Assembly: GCA_964528605.1 (NCBI GenBank)
Contig: CAZGSV010000009.1
Span: 156 to 64,155 of the forward strand
Origin: an uncultured Armatimonadia bacterium
GTDB taxonomy: Bacteria; Armatimonadota; Zipacnadia; CAZGSV01
Length of the DNA: 64,000 bases
Direction: 5' to 3'
Of the stretch, positions 8,828 through 18,937 are shown one piece after another; within the stretch, counting starts at the first letter, position 1; every line of letters begins with the position of its first letter. The notes beneath the pieces are model-generated. The model was not told the DNA's origin and did no database searches. It saw only the letters and a list, made by a program, of their open reading frames with translations. Position numbers and translations under genes: made by a program.

Positions 8828-11800
8828 ATGTTTCTCCTCCGCAATATCCCATTGGTGGCGCTCCTTTGGGCGTCGCTGGCGGCCGGCGCTGAGGCCGCCA
8901 TGGTGCGCACTGTCTTCGACTTCCAGCGCTCCTTCGACCGAGCCACCGTCAACAACGCGATGCAAGCGACGGCCGAGGGAAACGCCAAGTCCGGAGTCTT
9001 CCAAGGCCGCGCGCTCTTCGAGCACCCGCTCGCCGAGGGCGAAGCCTCCATCACCTATCAGGTTCTCTTGCCGCAGGTGCCAAGCGGAGCAACCCTGGCC
9101 TTTGCCTCTTACGTGGGCCTGCGCTCTGGGGTGCCCTTCAATGACCAGGAGAGGCCCTTCGATGGCGTCGCCTTCTCCCTGCTCGTCAACGCCGAGCGGC
9201 GCTTCCGCGAGGTGGTCCTTGGCGGCGATCCCCACACCGTGTGGGCAGACCTCACGCCCCTCGCCGGGCAGCGCGTCACCATCAGCCTCAACACCGACTG
9301 CAACGGCCAGTCCAACTGGGACTGGGCTCTCTGGCTCCGGCCCCGCATCGTCATGGTCAGCGAAGAAACACGACCCGCCCCCTGCGGAGAAATGGTCCTC
9401 TTCGAGGCCCGAGGCAAGGCCGGCCTCGACCAAGACGATCCGGTCCAGGCCCTGGCCGGCGGGCAGGTGCTCGTGGAATGGTGGATGCCCCATAGCCAAC
9501 TCGCCGACGGCGGCTGGCACCTCGGCATGATCGAATATGCCGCGCCCAAGGATGAGACGCCCGTGGAGATCGTCGCCGGCCCCGGACTCGAGATCCGGTC
9601 AGTCCGCCGCTTGAGCCTGCCGCCTGAGGTCGAGTTCCACGGCATCTCCGCCCGCCGGGGCATCATCTGGCCCGGCGACCAGGTCGTTCTCGCGGCCAAG
9701 GTGCGCAACGTCGGGCCCAGCCCGCTCCTCCCGCAGGACCGCTGCCGCGTCGCCGTGCGCCTCCAGGGACCGGCGTCTCTGGAGGGCCCCGCCGAGGCCT
9801 CCATCGAGAAGATTGACGCCGGCGGCGAAGCGACGGTCACCTGGACCGTTCGCACGCAGCAAGTCGCTGAGCTGCGCGTCCAGGCCGAACTCACCTCTGC
9901 CCTCTCCAGCCCCTCACTCGTCCACGAAACCATCTCCGTGCTCCCCAAGCCGGCCGAGGCGCCACTGGCCGTCGCCGAGGGCCGCCGCATCATCCCCCTT
10001 GGCAACGACCTGCTCCTAGAGTCCCCCACGCTGCGCGTGCAGTTGGTGGGCGATGGGACCGCCTACCACTACGGCCTCGTCTTCGTCGCCCAGGGAAAGA
10101 CCTACAAGCCGCTCGGCGCCCTTTGGCCGTTGAGCCGCGTTGTCTACCAAGGCCGCGACCGCCCGATGACCTGGGTCCTTCGGCCCGACGTGGTCAAGTG
10201 CGGGGCGCAGTCCGTGGACCTCGAGCAGACCTTCACCGACGAGCGCGGAGCCAAGTGGACGGCCTCGCTCCGCTTCCAGTTCGCCGGGCGCGACCCCTTC
10301 CTCGAGCCCACCTGGATCGAGACTCGCTACCAACTCTCGGTTGACCGCGCGCGTAACCTGCTCCACTTCGCCGGCCCCACTCTCTTGGCCGGCGAGCGCT
10401 GCTTCGGCGCCAAGAAGGACTCCGCTCTCTTCCCCGGCCTCGAGGCCCTCGAGGGCGATGAGCCCTCCTCCAGCACCCGCGACTTCGCGCCCCCCCTAAA
10501 CCTTCGCTACGTGCCCAACATCTACAAGATTACCATCCCGCTCCTGGCCGTCTCCGACGGCGAGAGCACCCTGGGCCTGATGTGGGACATGAACCGGCAT
10601 TGGTCTCCCGGCAACGCCGGCCTCGCTGCCCGCTTCGCCTCGCCCAACTTCAAGGACGCGCAGGAGAACCATCTCATGGGAGTCTTCGTGCCTACGCCTC
10701 CCGAGTCGCTCAGAGAGAACGAGGAACTCGCCTCACATCCCTACGTGCTCGAGCCCGACAAGCCCGTCACCATCTCCGCGCAGATCCTCGCGGCCCCCGG
10801 CAATGCCTTTGCCTCCGTCTGGCAATGGGACTGGCGCCATCACCTCCCCAACCCTCTGCCTTGGCCTCGTCAGGTCGAGCAGGAACTGGCCCTGTGCCGC
10901 AAGGGCTTCATGGAAACCGTTTGGGACCCTGAGACCAAGAAGAACCGCCACTGCATAGGCTGGGGCCCAGCCAACGCCCCCGGCTTCGGCACACTGCTCT
11001 GGTGGGACTCCCTCGTGACCCGCAACCAGGCCGCTCGCGAGCGGGCCGTACTCATCGGCGAGCAAACGCTCCGCGAGGCGGGCCCGGGCGGACTTTGGTC
11101 CACCGCCAACTGCCACATCATGCGCTGGGAGTTCCCCTTCTACTTCGGCCGCCTCGACGAGGCCTTCCCCGCCCTCCGCGACCAGGCCAAGGGGCTCCTG
11201 GCCTCGCAGGAGGCGGACGGCAGTTGGCGCTTCCATCCCGGAGAGGGCCGCGAGTCGCTCGGCAAAGCCGGCGACGCCGTCCTCGGCACCTGTGCCGGGC
11301 CCGCCTACAACCTCTGGCGCTACGCTCGCCTCACCGGCGACCCGCAAGCCATCGCTGCCGGCGAGAAGGCCCTCCGCTTCATGCGCCGCTTCCGCGTGCC
11401 CAGAGGCGCGCAGGGCTGGGAGTGCCCCCTCTACGAGCCCGACATCCTCGCCGCCGCCTACGCCATCCTGGCCTATACCGAGGCCTACAGGGCAACCGGC
11501 AATCAGGAGTGGCTGAGGGACGCGGAGTACTGGGCCGAGAGCGGCCTCCCCTTCATCTACGCCTGGCGCCTCCCCGATAAGCCCGGCATGCTCCACGCCA
11601 CCATCCCCGTCATCGGCTCAACCTTCTACACCCACTCCTGGCTCGGCCTGCCGGTCCAGTGGTGCGGCCTGGTCTATGCCTACGGCCTCAACCACCTCGC
11701 CGACTGCCCCTCATCGCGCTCCGAGGTCTGGCGCAAGATCGCCCACGGGGTCACCGTGAGCGGCGCCTATCAGCAGTTCGACTTCGACGACGAACGCGCG

Positions 11801-12232
11801 GGCACCTACCCCGACTCCTACAACCTCTGGACCGGCGCGCGCAACGCCGCCTACATCAACCCCGAGGACATAGCCGTCAATCTCCTCGCCCTGCGTGGTC
11901 ACGACCCCGACATCTCCACGCTTCTCGCCACGGGCCTGCCCGGAGGCGCGGCGCATGTCTCCTCGGGCGCGCGCGTCCGCTCCGCGGAGATCACGGATGG
12001 CCGCCTCGTCGCGCGCCTCCAGTTCTTCCCCGGCGAGACGACCTACTCCTTGCTCGCCAACGTGGCCGAGCCGCAAGAGGTCAAGTGGGAGGGCCGCACG
12101 CTGCCTAGACTGAACGCGCTCGCCGACGCCGAGGAAGGCTGGGCCTACAGGGACAGCTTGCTCTTCGTCCGCGAGCGCCACCAGACCCAGGAGGGCGACC
12201 TCGAGATCACGCTGCCCGCGCCACCCTCCTAG
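8828..12232 (+). CDS. Large secreted protein (about 1135 aa) with (alpha/alpha)-toroid-like Q..DG.W repeats; function unknown
   Basis: ATG 8828 after AGAGGA; signal peptide MFLLRNIPLVALLWASLAAGAEA. Repeats QLADGGWHLG and QEADGSWRF resemble terpenoid-cyclase / prenyltransferase-type toroid repeats. It is divergent from the sialidase-like gene. Confidence 0.5.
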   Translation: MFLLRNIPLVALLWASLAAGAEAAMVRTVFDFQRSFDRATVNNAMQATAEGNAKSGVFQGRALFEHPLAEGEASITYQVLLPQVPSGATLAFASYVGLRSGVPFNDQERPFDGVAFSLLVNAERRFREVVLGGDPHTVWADLTPLAGQRVTISLNTDCNGQSNWDWALWLRPRIVMVSEETRPAPCGEMVLFEARGKAGLDQDDPVQALAGGQVLVEWWMPHSQLADGGWHLGMIEYAAPKDETPVEIVAGPGLEIRSVRRLSLPPEVEFHGISARRGIIWPGDQVVLAAKVRNVGPSPLLPQDRCRVAVRLQGPASLEGPAEASIEKIDAGGEATVTWTVRTQQVAELRVQAELTSALSSPSLVHETISVLPKPAEAPLAVAEGRRIIPLGNDLLLESPTLRVQLVGDGTAYHYGLVFVAQGKTYKPLGALWPLSRVVYQGRDRPMTWVLRPDVVKCGAQSVDLEQTFTDERGAKWTASLRFQFAGRDPFLEPTWIETRYQLSVDRARNLLHFAGPTLLAGERCFGAKKDSALFPGLEALEGDEPSSSTRDFAPPLNLRYVPNIYKITIPLLAVSDGESTLGLMWDMNRHWSPGNAGLAARFASPNFKDAQENHLMGVFVPTPPESLRENEELASHPYVLEPDKPVTISAQILAAPGNAFASVWQWDWRHHLPNPLPWPRQVEQELALCRKGFMETVWDPETKKNRHCIGWGPANAPGFGTLLWWDSLVTRNQAARERAVLIGEQTLREAGPGGLWSTANCHIMRWEFPFYFGRLDEAFPALRDQAKGLLASQEADGSWRFHPGEGRESLGKAGDAVLGTCAGPAYNLWRYARLTGDPQAIAAGEKALRFMRRFRVPRGAQGWECPLYEPDILAAAYAILAYTEAYRATGNQEWLRDAEYWAESGLPFIYAWRLPDKPGMLHATIPVIGSTFYTHSWLGLPVQWCGLVYAYGLNHLADCPSSRSEVWRKIAHGVTVSGAYQQFDFDDERAGTYPDSYNLWTGARNAAYINPEDIAVNLLALRGHDPDISTLLATGLPGGAAHVSSGARVRSAEITDGRLVARLQFFPGETTYSLLANVAEPQEVKWEGRTLPRLNALADAEEGWAYRDSLLFVRERHQTQEGDLEITLPAPPS

Positions 12233-12286
12233 CGCCGCCAGGCACCCCGCCTGAGCCAGGAGGCCCAGGCATCGCGAGGCCACTCC

Positions 12287-13594
12287 CTACGCCCAAAGCG
12301 CGCTCAGCAACTCGGAGGCGGCCTCCAGTATCATCCCCCCCGAGGCGGGCGCTATCATCAGGCGGCCATAGTAATGGTGCGCCCCCTCCACCTCGTAACC
12401 GCCCTCGGGATACGCGCTCTCCGTGGGAACGTAACCGATCACCCCGTTGCTGTAAGCCGCCACCGCCGTGTGCCGCGCCGGCGAACCCGCCTCGATCTCT
12501 AAGGCGTACTCGACGAACACCTCTCCCGAAAGCCCTACCAGCGCCCCGTCGCCAATCCTGAGCACCTGCACCTCGAAGGGCCCCGGCCCTGCGGGCGCCC
12601 TCCCCTCGGCGATCTCCACCATGTGCCCCTCCCAGTCCACATGTGCCTGACGCATCCCGAGCGTTCTCTCGTCCGCCCCCTGTGCCTTCGCTTCCTCGTA
12701 CCCCTGCTGGTATCTGGCCAGCGTCGCGCGAGCCTCCTCCGGCGAGGGAACGATCACCGGCAACTCCAAGCCTTTCGACCGCGCCGCCAAGCGCGTTTCC
12801 GCTCCGGTCTCCGTGCTCTCCGCCGCCTTCAGGACCTCCGTGCCCAGAATGGTTCCCAAGCGCCGGGCATCCTCAAAGGCCCCCCCCACCACCTGAGAGT
12901 TGATGTTGCCGCAGCAGCCCTGGGCGAATAGAGCCCGCGTCGGAACCTGCGCGCCGCCCTCAACCGTCAGCCGCGCGTAGCCGGGATAGTCGGCCGAGAA
13001 GTAAAGGTTGTCCCCGCCCAACACCACCGCGTGTGCCGCGTGCACGCCCAGCACAAACCGCACCTCCTCCCTGTCCACGCGCAGCACGTCCACAAACGGA
13101 GCCACCGGTCCCGCCGGGTTCTGCCCCAGCACCATCGCCGACTTGGCCCATTCCCGCCGGTTGATGCCTATCTGCACCTCCCCGCGCCCCCAACCCAGAC
13201 GCGCCGGCGCCAGATTCTCCGCTGCCATCTGCACTGCATCCGCGCACTTCCGCAGGAGAACGTCCAGATACGCCGGGTCCGGCTCGCCCATCCCTCGCAG
13301 GTGCATCGAGGCCGGGCCTGAGTGAGTGTGCGAGCAGGAAATCATCAGCGCCTCGGCCGGGATCGCAACGCGCCTAGCCACGTCGTCGCGCACCTGGGCC
13401 ACGCTCTCGAAGTCCAGCCCCAGAAGGTCGCAGCAGACAATCGCCAGGCGCTGACTCTCATGCTCCAGCACCAACGCGCGCGCCTGCAACGGGTCGTGCA
13501 CCCCGATGGCGCCCGAGCGCCTGCCACCGAACCCGGTCAGTTCCACGCCCAGAGGGGGCGTGATGTCGGTGACGGCAAAGCCGGCCTGTAGCAT
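12287..13594 (-). CDS. Neutral/alkaline ceramidase N-terminal-domain-like hydrolase
   Basis: MLQAGFAVTDITPPLGVELTGFG...GVHDPLQARALVL matches the conserved N-terminus of the neutral-ceramidase family. ATG 13594 has GGAGG 7 nt upstream; the ORF-track start at 13606 is a TTG. Confidence 0.6.
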   Translation of the reverse strand: MLQAGFAVTDITPPLGVELTGFGGRRSGAIGVHDPLQARALVLEHESQRLAIVCCDLLGLDFESVAQVRDDVARRVAIPAEALMISCSHTHSGPASMHLRGMGEPDPAYLDVLLRKCADAVQMAAENLAPARLGWGRGEVQIGINRREWAKSAMVLGQNPAGPVAPFVDVLRVDREEVRFVLGVHAAHAVVLGGDNLYFSADYPGYARLTVEGGAQVPTRALFAQGCCGNINSQVVGGAFEDARRLGTILGTEVLKAAESTETGAETRLAARSKGLELPVIVPSPEEARATLARYQQGYEEAKAQGADERTLGMRQAHVDWEGHMVEIAEGRAPAGPGPFEVQVLRIGDGALVGLSGEVFVEYALEIEAGSPARHTAVAAYSNGVIGYVPTESAYPEGGYEVEGAHHYYGRLMIAPASGGMILEAASELLSALWA

Positions 13595-13636
13595 AGGTTC
13601 CTCCAACGCTCTCGCGGTCTGTCGCGCCGCCGGCGC

Positions 13637-15964
13637 CTAGTGAATGTGAACGGTCGCCTGGTCCGAGCGCAGTCTTGACAGTCTCTGCAAAGTCGCGGCC
13701 GCCTCTTCCCGCACGCGCACATTCCGGTCCCGTAGCGCGCCCATGATCCGTTGCACTGCCCAGCGATGGCCCAGCGCCGCCAGCGCGCGCAGGGCCATCC
13801 AGCGCACCCTCGGGCACGGGTCCTTCAGCGCCACCGTGAGCGGCTCCACGGTCCGTTTCTCTCCCAGCATCCCCAGGGCGCGCGCCGCCTCCACCCTCAC
13901 ACTGGCGTCCTTGTCTTTCAAAGCGACCACCAGCGGGTCCACCGCTTCCCTCCACCGCATCCTACCGAGCACTATCGCGCCCGCGCGCCGTATCCGGTGG
14001 TCGCGCGACTCCGTCATGTTGTGTATGGCCGCGTCCGCCACCGGCTGCCCGCCGATGGAGACCAGCAACTCGATCGCGCGGTGGCAAAACACGTCGCTCT
14101 GGGTCGCCCGCACCAGGTAGTCAACGTTGGCCTCGTTCCAGCTGCACTCGTGCAGGTTTCTGGCGACATACAGCCTGATGCCGCCGAACGGGTCCGTCAG
14201 GCCGCGGTCCACCATGGGCTCCGCCACGTAAGTGCCGCCCGCTCGCCGCAGGAAGCGCACCGCCGCCCACCTCAAGGCCCGGTCCTCCTCGTCCAGCAAG
14301 CGGGCAATGAACTCGATGGCGCGCGCCGCGCCCCCCCGGCCGAGCGCCACCAGCGACTGCTCCTGCGCCGCCGTAAGACCCTCTTGCAGAGCCTGACGCA
14401 GAACGCCCAGCGCCTGCGTCTCCAAACGCACGTCGCTCACCTGCCCGCCCACTATGCACGCCACCACCAGCACCGGGTCCTCAGTCGAAGCCAGCACTCG
14501 CGTCATCCACGCCAGGCGCTCGCGCGGCGGCAGTATGCCGGTCAGCAAGATCAGCGCCTCCCACCACCAGGCGCTGTCCTTCACCAGTTGCGCCACCTCC
14601 ACCTCCGCGTGCCCCTCCGCCAGATACTCCGCCGCGTGGAACTGCTGGAACTCCCACCTGGCAAAACGGAGATGCCCCTGCTGGCCAACCACGCCGCAAC
14701 CCGCGTGGGCCAACACCTTGCAGGCCACCCCCGCCCGCACCAGGCGCCGCGCCTGCTCTTCGCCCCCGGGGCCGCGTGCCGACAGTTCCGCTAGAACCCG
14801 CTCGCGCGCCTCCGCTGTCAGGTGCGCGCGATTCATCTTGAAGGCCCATGCGCTCAGCGCCTGCCGCGCCCAAGCCTCGCGCACCACGGAGAGGTCCTCT
14901 TCCGTGCCCGCCTCACCCGTGAGGCATTGCAGGTAGGCCGCCATCACTCGACCGCGGTTGTCGGACACCTCCGCCGTCTCTCCTTCGCGCTCGCGCAGGC
15001 AAGCGAGACGCCAGAGGCTCATGGGGTTGGCCGCCACATCCAGCAGGCCGCGCGCGGTGATGCGCTCCCATAGCCCCCGTGCCGCCTCGGCCTCCAGATA
15101 GGCGTCCAGCAGCGACCGCACCTGCTCGCTCTCCAGAACCGCGAGTTCCACCACATTCACTTGATCCGCGCCCAACGCATCCACAAACGCGGGCAGCACG
15201 TTCCGCTGGCACGCGATCACCATCCTGACCTCGGGAAAGTGCCGCGCCAGACGGACCAGCGCCTGCGTCACCGCCCCGTGCGGCTCAGCCTCGTCCAGGT
15301 TGTCCAACAGCAGCGCCAGCGTCCCCTGCTGCATGTAAGCGCGCGCCCGCGCCCCCAGACGCCGGCTGGCAGCCGCCAGGCACTCCTCGATGTGCGCCAT
15401 CGGGCTCGCCTCGCGTCCCTGCTCCCGCGCCTGCACCACCCCCATATCCATGAGTACCGGCAGCCGGAAGGCCGCGCCCGTAAGTTCCTGCCTGGCTGAC
15501 CGGGCCAGTTTCCCCGCCAGCCAACGAAGCGCTCGGCTCTTCCCACTCCCGCTGTCCCCCGTGAGCAGCAGGGGCCGCCGCGCCCGCTCGAAAGCGTCCG
15601 TGAGGGTTATGGGCTTCTCGTCCCAGAGAAGGTTGGGCTCTGCCTCCGCGATCGGAGCGAAGAACTGCGCGCTCGGCTCCCCTTCTCCCAGGACCCGGAG
15701 CGCGCGCAGCAAGAGTCGCAGGTAGCGCCGCTCCGCCAGGCCCTGCCACACGCCCAGCGTCAGCACATCCCAAAAGGTGAAGCCCGCGTGCGGCACAAAG
15801 ATCACCGCCAGGCCCATCGAGAGCATCAGCAGCGCAATCGGCACTAGCCGCCCGATTACCTCATGCCCGTAGAAGGGCGGCACCACCAGGTTGACCACCA
15901 CCCAGACTACCGCCGCATACCACAGCCCCACCCCTAACGCGGCTGACAACCAGCGGCTCATCAT
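13637..15964 (-). CDS. Membrane-anchored STAND NTPase: N-terminal TM helices, NACHT domain, C-terminal HEAT (PBS-lyase-type) repeats
   Basis: Walker A LTGDSGSGKS, NACHT-type Walker B LALLLDNLDEA, two or three N-terminal TM helices, and repeated VR..A...L HEAT units at the C-terminus. Likely start is ATG 15964 (MMSRW...). Confidence 0.7.
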   Translation of the reverse strand: MMSRWLSAALGVGLWYAAVVWVVVNLVVPPFYGHEVIGRLVPIALLMLSMGLAVIFVPHAGFTFWDVLTLGVWQGLAERRYLRLLLRALRVLGEGEPSAQFFAPIAEAEPNLLWDEKPITLTDAFERARRPLLLTGDSGSGKSRALRWLAGKLARSARQELTGAAFRLPVLMDMGVVQAREQGREASPMAHIEECLAAASRRLGARARAYMQQGTLALLLDNLDEAEPHGAVTQALVRLARHFPEVRMVIACQRNVLPAFVDALGADQVNVVELAVLESEQVRSLLDAYLEAEAARGLWERITARGLLDVAANPMSLWRLACLREREGETAEVSDNRGRVMAAYLQCLTGEAGTEEDLSVVREAWARQALSAWAFKMNRAHLTAEARERVLAELSARGPGGEEQARRLVRAGVACKVLAHAGCGVVGQQGHLRFARWEFQQFHAAEYLAEGHAEVEVAQLVKDSAWWWEALILLTGILPPRERLAWMTRVLASTEDPVLVVACIVGGQVSDVRLETQALGVLRQALQEGLTAAQEQSLVALGRGGAARAIEFIARLLDEEDRALRWAAVRFLRRAGGTYVAEPMVDRGLTDPFGGIRLYVARNLHECSWNEANVDYLVRATQSDVFCHRAIELLVSIGGQPVADAAIHNMTESRDHRIRRAGAIVLGRMRWREAVDPLVVALKDKDASVRVEAARALGMLGEKRTVEPLTVALKDPCPRVRWMALRALAALGHRWAVQRIMGALRDRNVRVREEAAATLQRLSRLRSDQATVHIH

Positions 15965-16077
15965 GCCGCGTAACCCCTCCCCGGGCAACGCCGACCGACC
16001 GCACGCCCGAGGCTAGTAGCACAACCAATAAGTCCAGGAAGCATGATGGGCCTCCGGCGCTTCACTGCAGAGGGCGC

Positions 16078-16488
16078 CTAGAATTGGACCGCCAGTCTCG
16101 TCTTCTCACCTACCCCTATCTCTTCTCCGCTCTCCAACTTTACCTCGGTCAGCGCGGCGATCTCCTCGCCCCGCAACCGCGTCCCGTTCGTGCTCCCCAA
16201 GTCCACTAGATAGTAGCCGTCAGCCCGGCGCCGCAACTCGGCGTGAAAGCGAGAAACTGCATCGTCGCCCGACAGGTCAATGTCCGGGCTGGAACCGCGC
16301 TCCGGGTCCGGTCGCCCAATGGTGATGACGTCCTGCTCAAAGGTGCTCTCGCCCGAAAGGAAACCCATGGAGACCTTGATGGTGATGGCGCCGGCGCCCG
16401 TTGGCCTGACGCGCGTACCGCAGTTGGGACACTCGCTCGCCCCCGCCTCGAGCGGAGCCCCGCACTTGGCGCAAGTGTTGCCAGCCAT
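16078..16488 (-). CDS. FHA-domain protein with an N-terminal zinc ribbon
   Basis: CAKCGAP...CPNCG zinc ribbon followed by an FHA core (ITIGR....DIDL..D..VSRFHAEL.....YYLVDLGSTNGT.L). ATG at 16488. Confidence 0.7.
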   Translation of the reverse strand: MAGNTCAKCGAPLEAGASECPNCGTRVRPTGAGAITIKVSMGFLSGESTFEQDVITIGRPDPERGSSPDIDLSGDDAVSRFHAELRRRADGYYLVDLGSTNGTRLRGEEIAALTEVKLESGEEIGVGEKTRLAVQF

Positions 16489-16638
16489 ACGCCTTCGACC
16501 TCCCCGAGCGCAAACGCTCACCGGCCGCCGACGTCACCATGCCGTATGACGCCGCCGGCCACCTGCGCATCCCATACCTCCAGCACCTAGCCAGGCTGGC
16601 GCTTCACTCCTGCCGCTCACAGGCTACCACAAAACCGG

Positions 16639-17403
16639 TCACTCGGCAACGCCCTCCCCCCCTGCCGCCCCAACCTCCCGGTAGGACGCTACCAGGGCAA
16701 CGTAGGCCTCCGTCGCCACCACCGCCGCCGCCCCAGGCGCCAAGAACATGGCCAGTGCCGCCGACACCGCCGCCAGCCAGTGAATCCTGGCAGCGAACGG
16801 GGCTGCCAGCACCATCAATACGCCCAGCAACAGGCCTCCCACCCCGGCCGTGAAGCGGAGGTTGTCCAGCACGAGCAAGGCCGCATTCCGCAGCGCCGGG
16901 ACCAGCCTGGCCCCCCCTGCTAGCCCGGGGCCCGCGTACATCTGCAGCCCGAGCCAGAAGATGAACAGGTACAGCCAGGCAGCCCCCAGCAAAGCCACCC
17001 ACAGCGACCGCGCCTGTACGTAGAAGGCCAGATCAACCGCGCCCGCGCCTGCCACAAAGGCATTCAGGACCAGCCACACCACCGCCCGGCCCCATAGGCG
17101 ATAAGCGCCGGCCAGCGTGCTTCCGGGGCCGCTCTCCTCCCGCCCTACCACCAGGTGCGCATGGCTCAGCACCGCCGCCAAGGCCAACGAGAACGCGACA
17201 CACCCCAGCGCCACCAGCCCCACGGCCCCGCCATCGCCAAGTCTGTTCCTAGCCAGTAAAGCCGCAAGACCAAAGTACGGCCCGACCCAGAACGCGAAAC
17301 TCCATCCCGCGCACGCCCACAGCGAATCGTAGATGTCGAAGGCAGCGCCGCGGAGCACCCGCGCAACTGAGGGCGATGACCTACTCGGGCGCTCGCTCTC
17401 CAT
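16639..17403 (-). CDS. Hypothetical polytopic membrane protein
   Basis: About 6 TM helices. No recognisable motif. Confidence 0.4.
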   Translation of the reverse strand: MESERPSRSSPSVARVLRGAAFDIYDSLWACAGWSFAFWVGPYFGLAALLARNRLGDGGAVGLVALGCVAFSLALAAVLSHAHLVVGREESGPGSTLAGAYRLWGRAVVWLVLNAFVAGAGAVDLAFYVQARSLWVALLGAAWLYLFIFWLGLQMYAGPGLAGGARLVPALRNAALLVLDNLRFTAGVGGLLLGVLMVLAAPFAARIHWLAAVSAALAMFLAPGAAAVVATEAYVALVASYREVGAAGGEGVAE

Positions 17404-17406
17404 CCT

Positions 17407-18570
17407 CTAGCGAGCGACCGTCGCCATGAGCAGCCGCTCGACCAGACTCCACACCCCGTAAGCGACCGCCAGCCCTGCGAACACGTGCACCAACCCGGAG
17501 AACCATATCCGGCCCAGAATGCTGGGCACCCGCCGCCCGGCCGCAGCGTACCTCTGCAGCAGCAAGTCGGCCGAGCGGAGCGCGGCTCTCAGGTGCTTCG
17601 CCCGGGGCGGCCGCGTTGCGAAGTAACGCTGCGCCAGCGCCCCCAACCGCCGAGACCACGGCAGCAGCACCATCGCCAGCAGCGCCCAGCGCCAGTCAAA
17701 CGGCGGCGTGAGCGCCAACATCACGATCACCAGCACCACCACCAGGTTGCTGCCGCAGCGCGCGTGCACCCTCGACATCCGAGCGGCCGCCTCGACCGTC
17801 AGCGGCTCCCCCCGCTCAATGGCGTGCACCACCATGTGCTCGGCAGCGTGGTACTGCGAAACGTGGCTCAGGCGCAGCAGCAACAGAATCACCAGCAGCA
17901 GTGCAACGAACTGCACCCGCGCCATCCAGGCGTGCGCGGGATGCGCGAAGGCCCCGCCCTCCGTCCACAGGCTTGCCAGAGCCCCGTGGAAGACCGTATC
18001 GCCCAGCCACGACGCGCAGTACACCACAATCCAAGCCAGCCCCGCCAGAACGCCCATCAGCACCCCGGTCACCACTAGCGTCACGTGGCTCGCCCCTGCC
18101 ATCGCGGTGCCGCAATGCAGGTGGACGCCGAAGGGCGTGGCCATGCCGCCCACTCGCGGAGGCCGTAGGTAACGCGACGCCTGCGCCAGCACCTCACGCA
18201 GCCGCACGACCCCCAGGTACTCGCCTGCCTCCGTGGCCACCGCGAAGGTGGTTGCCGGGAACGAGGCTCGAGCCGCGAGCACCTTTCCCACCGTGGCGGG
18301 CGCGACTATCACCGGCGCCGGCCGCATCCGCTCCGCTACCCGCTCATCGCGCGCGGCGCCAGGGTCGTAGGGCAGGTCCTCCTCCCCGATCATCCCCACC
18401 AGCCGGCCGTCCTGCACCACCGGCAAGACGTCAGTCTGGTGCCGGCACATCAGGGCGACGGCTCTCTCCAGCGGCGCGTAGGGCTCGATGACAGCCGCAT
18501 CCGTCACCACCGCCGCCGGCGCCTCCATACTCGCGTTCGCAATGACCTCGCTGCCGTTACTCAGCCACAT
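17407..18570 (-). CDS. CBS-domain plus DUF1385-like membrane protein
   Basis: N-terminal CBS pair (VLPVVQDGRLVGMIGEEDL) and a DUF1385-type YHAAEHMVVH...RCGSN motif with TM helices. Confidence 0.55.
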   Translation of the reverse strand: MWLSNGSEVIANASMEAPAAVVTDAAVIEPYAPLERAVALMCRHQTDVLPVVQDGRLVGMIGEEDLPYDPGAARDERVAERMRPAPVIVAPATVGKVLAARASFPATTFAVATEAGEYLGVVRLREVLAQASRYLRPPRVGGMATPFGVHLHCGTAMAGASHVTLVVTGVLMGVLAGLAWIVVYCASWLGDTVFHGALASLWTEGGAFAHPAHAWMARVQFVALLLVILLLLRLSHVSQYHAAEHMVVHAIERGEPLTVEAAARMSRVHARCGSNLVVVLVIVMLALTPPFDWRWALLAMVLLPWSRRLGALAQRYFATRPPRAKHLRAALRSADLLLQRYAAAGRRVPSILGRIWFSGLVHVFAGLAVAYGVWSLVERLLMATVAR

Positions 18571-18732
18571 GGCGCTGCCCTTCTCACTCTCCGGGCTAGT
18601 GTATCACGAAAGCCCCGGACCGGCTGCGCGCCCCGCGCGGACGCCGGCTCCCAGCGGGGCTGATGCAGCCCCAACCCGCCTCTTGCCCTCCGCGGGCGAA
18701 TGTGCTATGGTCTCTTCGTCCCCTGGAGGTCC

Positions 18733-18930
18733 ATGACTTTGGCGAGAATCTGCTACTTGTGCGGAAAAAGGCCACAGAAGGGTCATCAGATCAGCCATTC
18801 CGATCGCAAGACCCGGCGCTGGTGGCATCCCAACCTGCAGACCGCGACCATCATGGAAAAGGGCGCGGCGCGGCGGGTGCGCGTCTGCACCAAGTGCCTC
18901 AAGTCCCCCAAGATCACCCGCGCGCAGTAG
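18733..18930 (+). CDS. rpmB: 50S ribosomal protein bL28
   Basis: ARICYLCGKRPQKGHQISHSDRKTRRWWHPNLQ...RVRVCTKCLK is the canonical L28 sequence. ATG 18733 has GGAGG 5 nt upstream. Confidence 0.85.
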   Translation: MTLARICYLCGKRPQKGHQISHSDRKTRRWWHPNLQTATIMEKGAARRVRVCTKCLKSPKITRAQ

Positions 18931-18937
18931 CCGCTCC

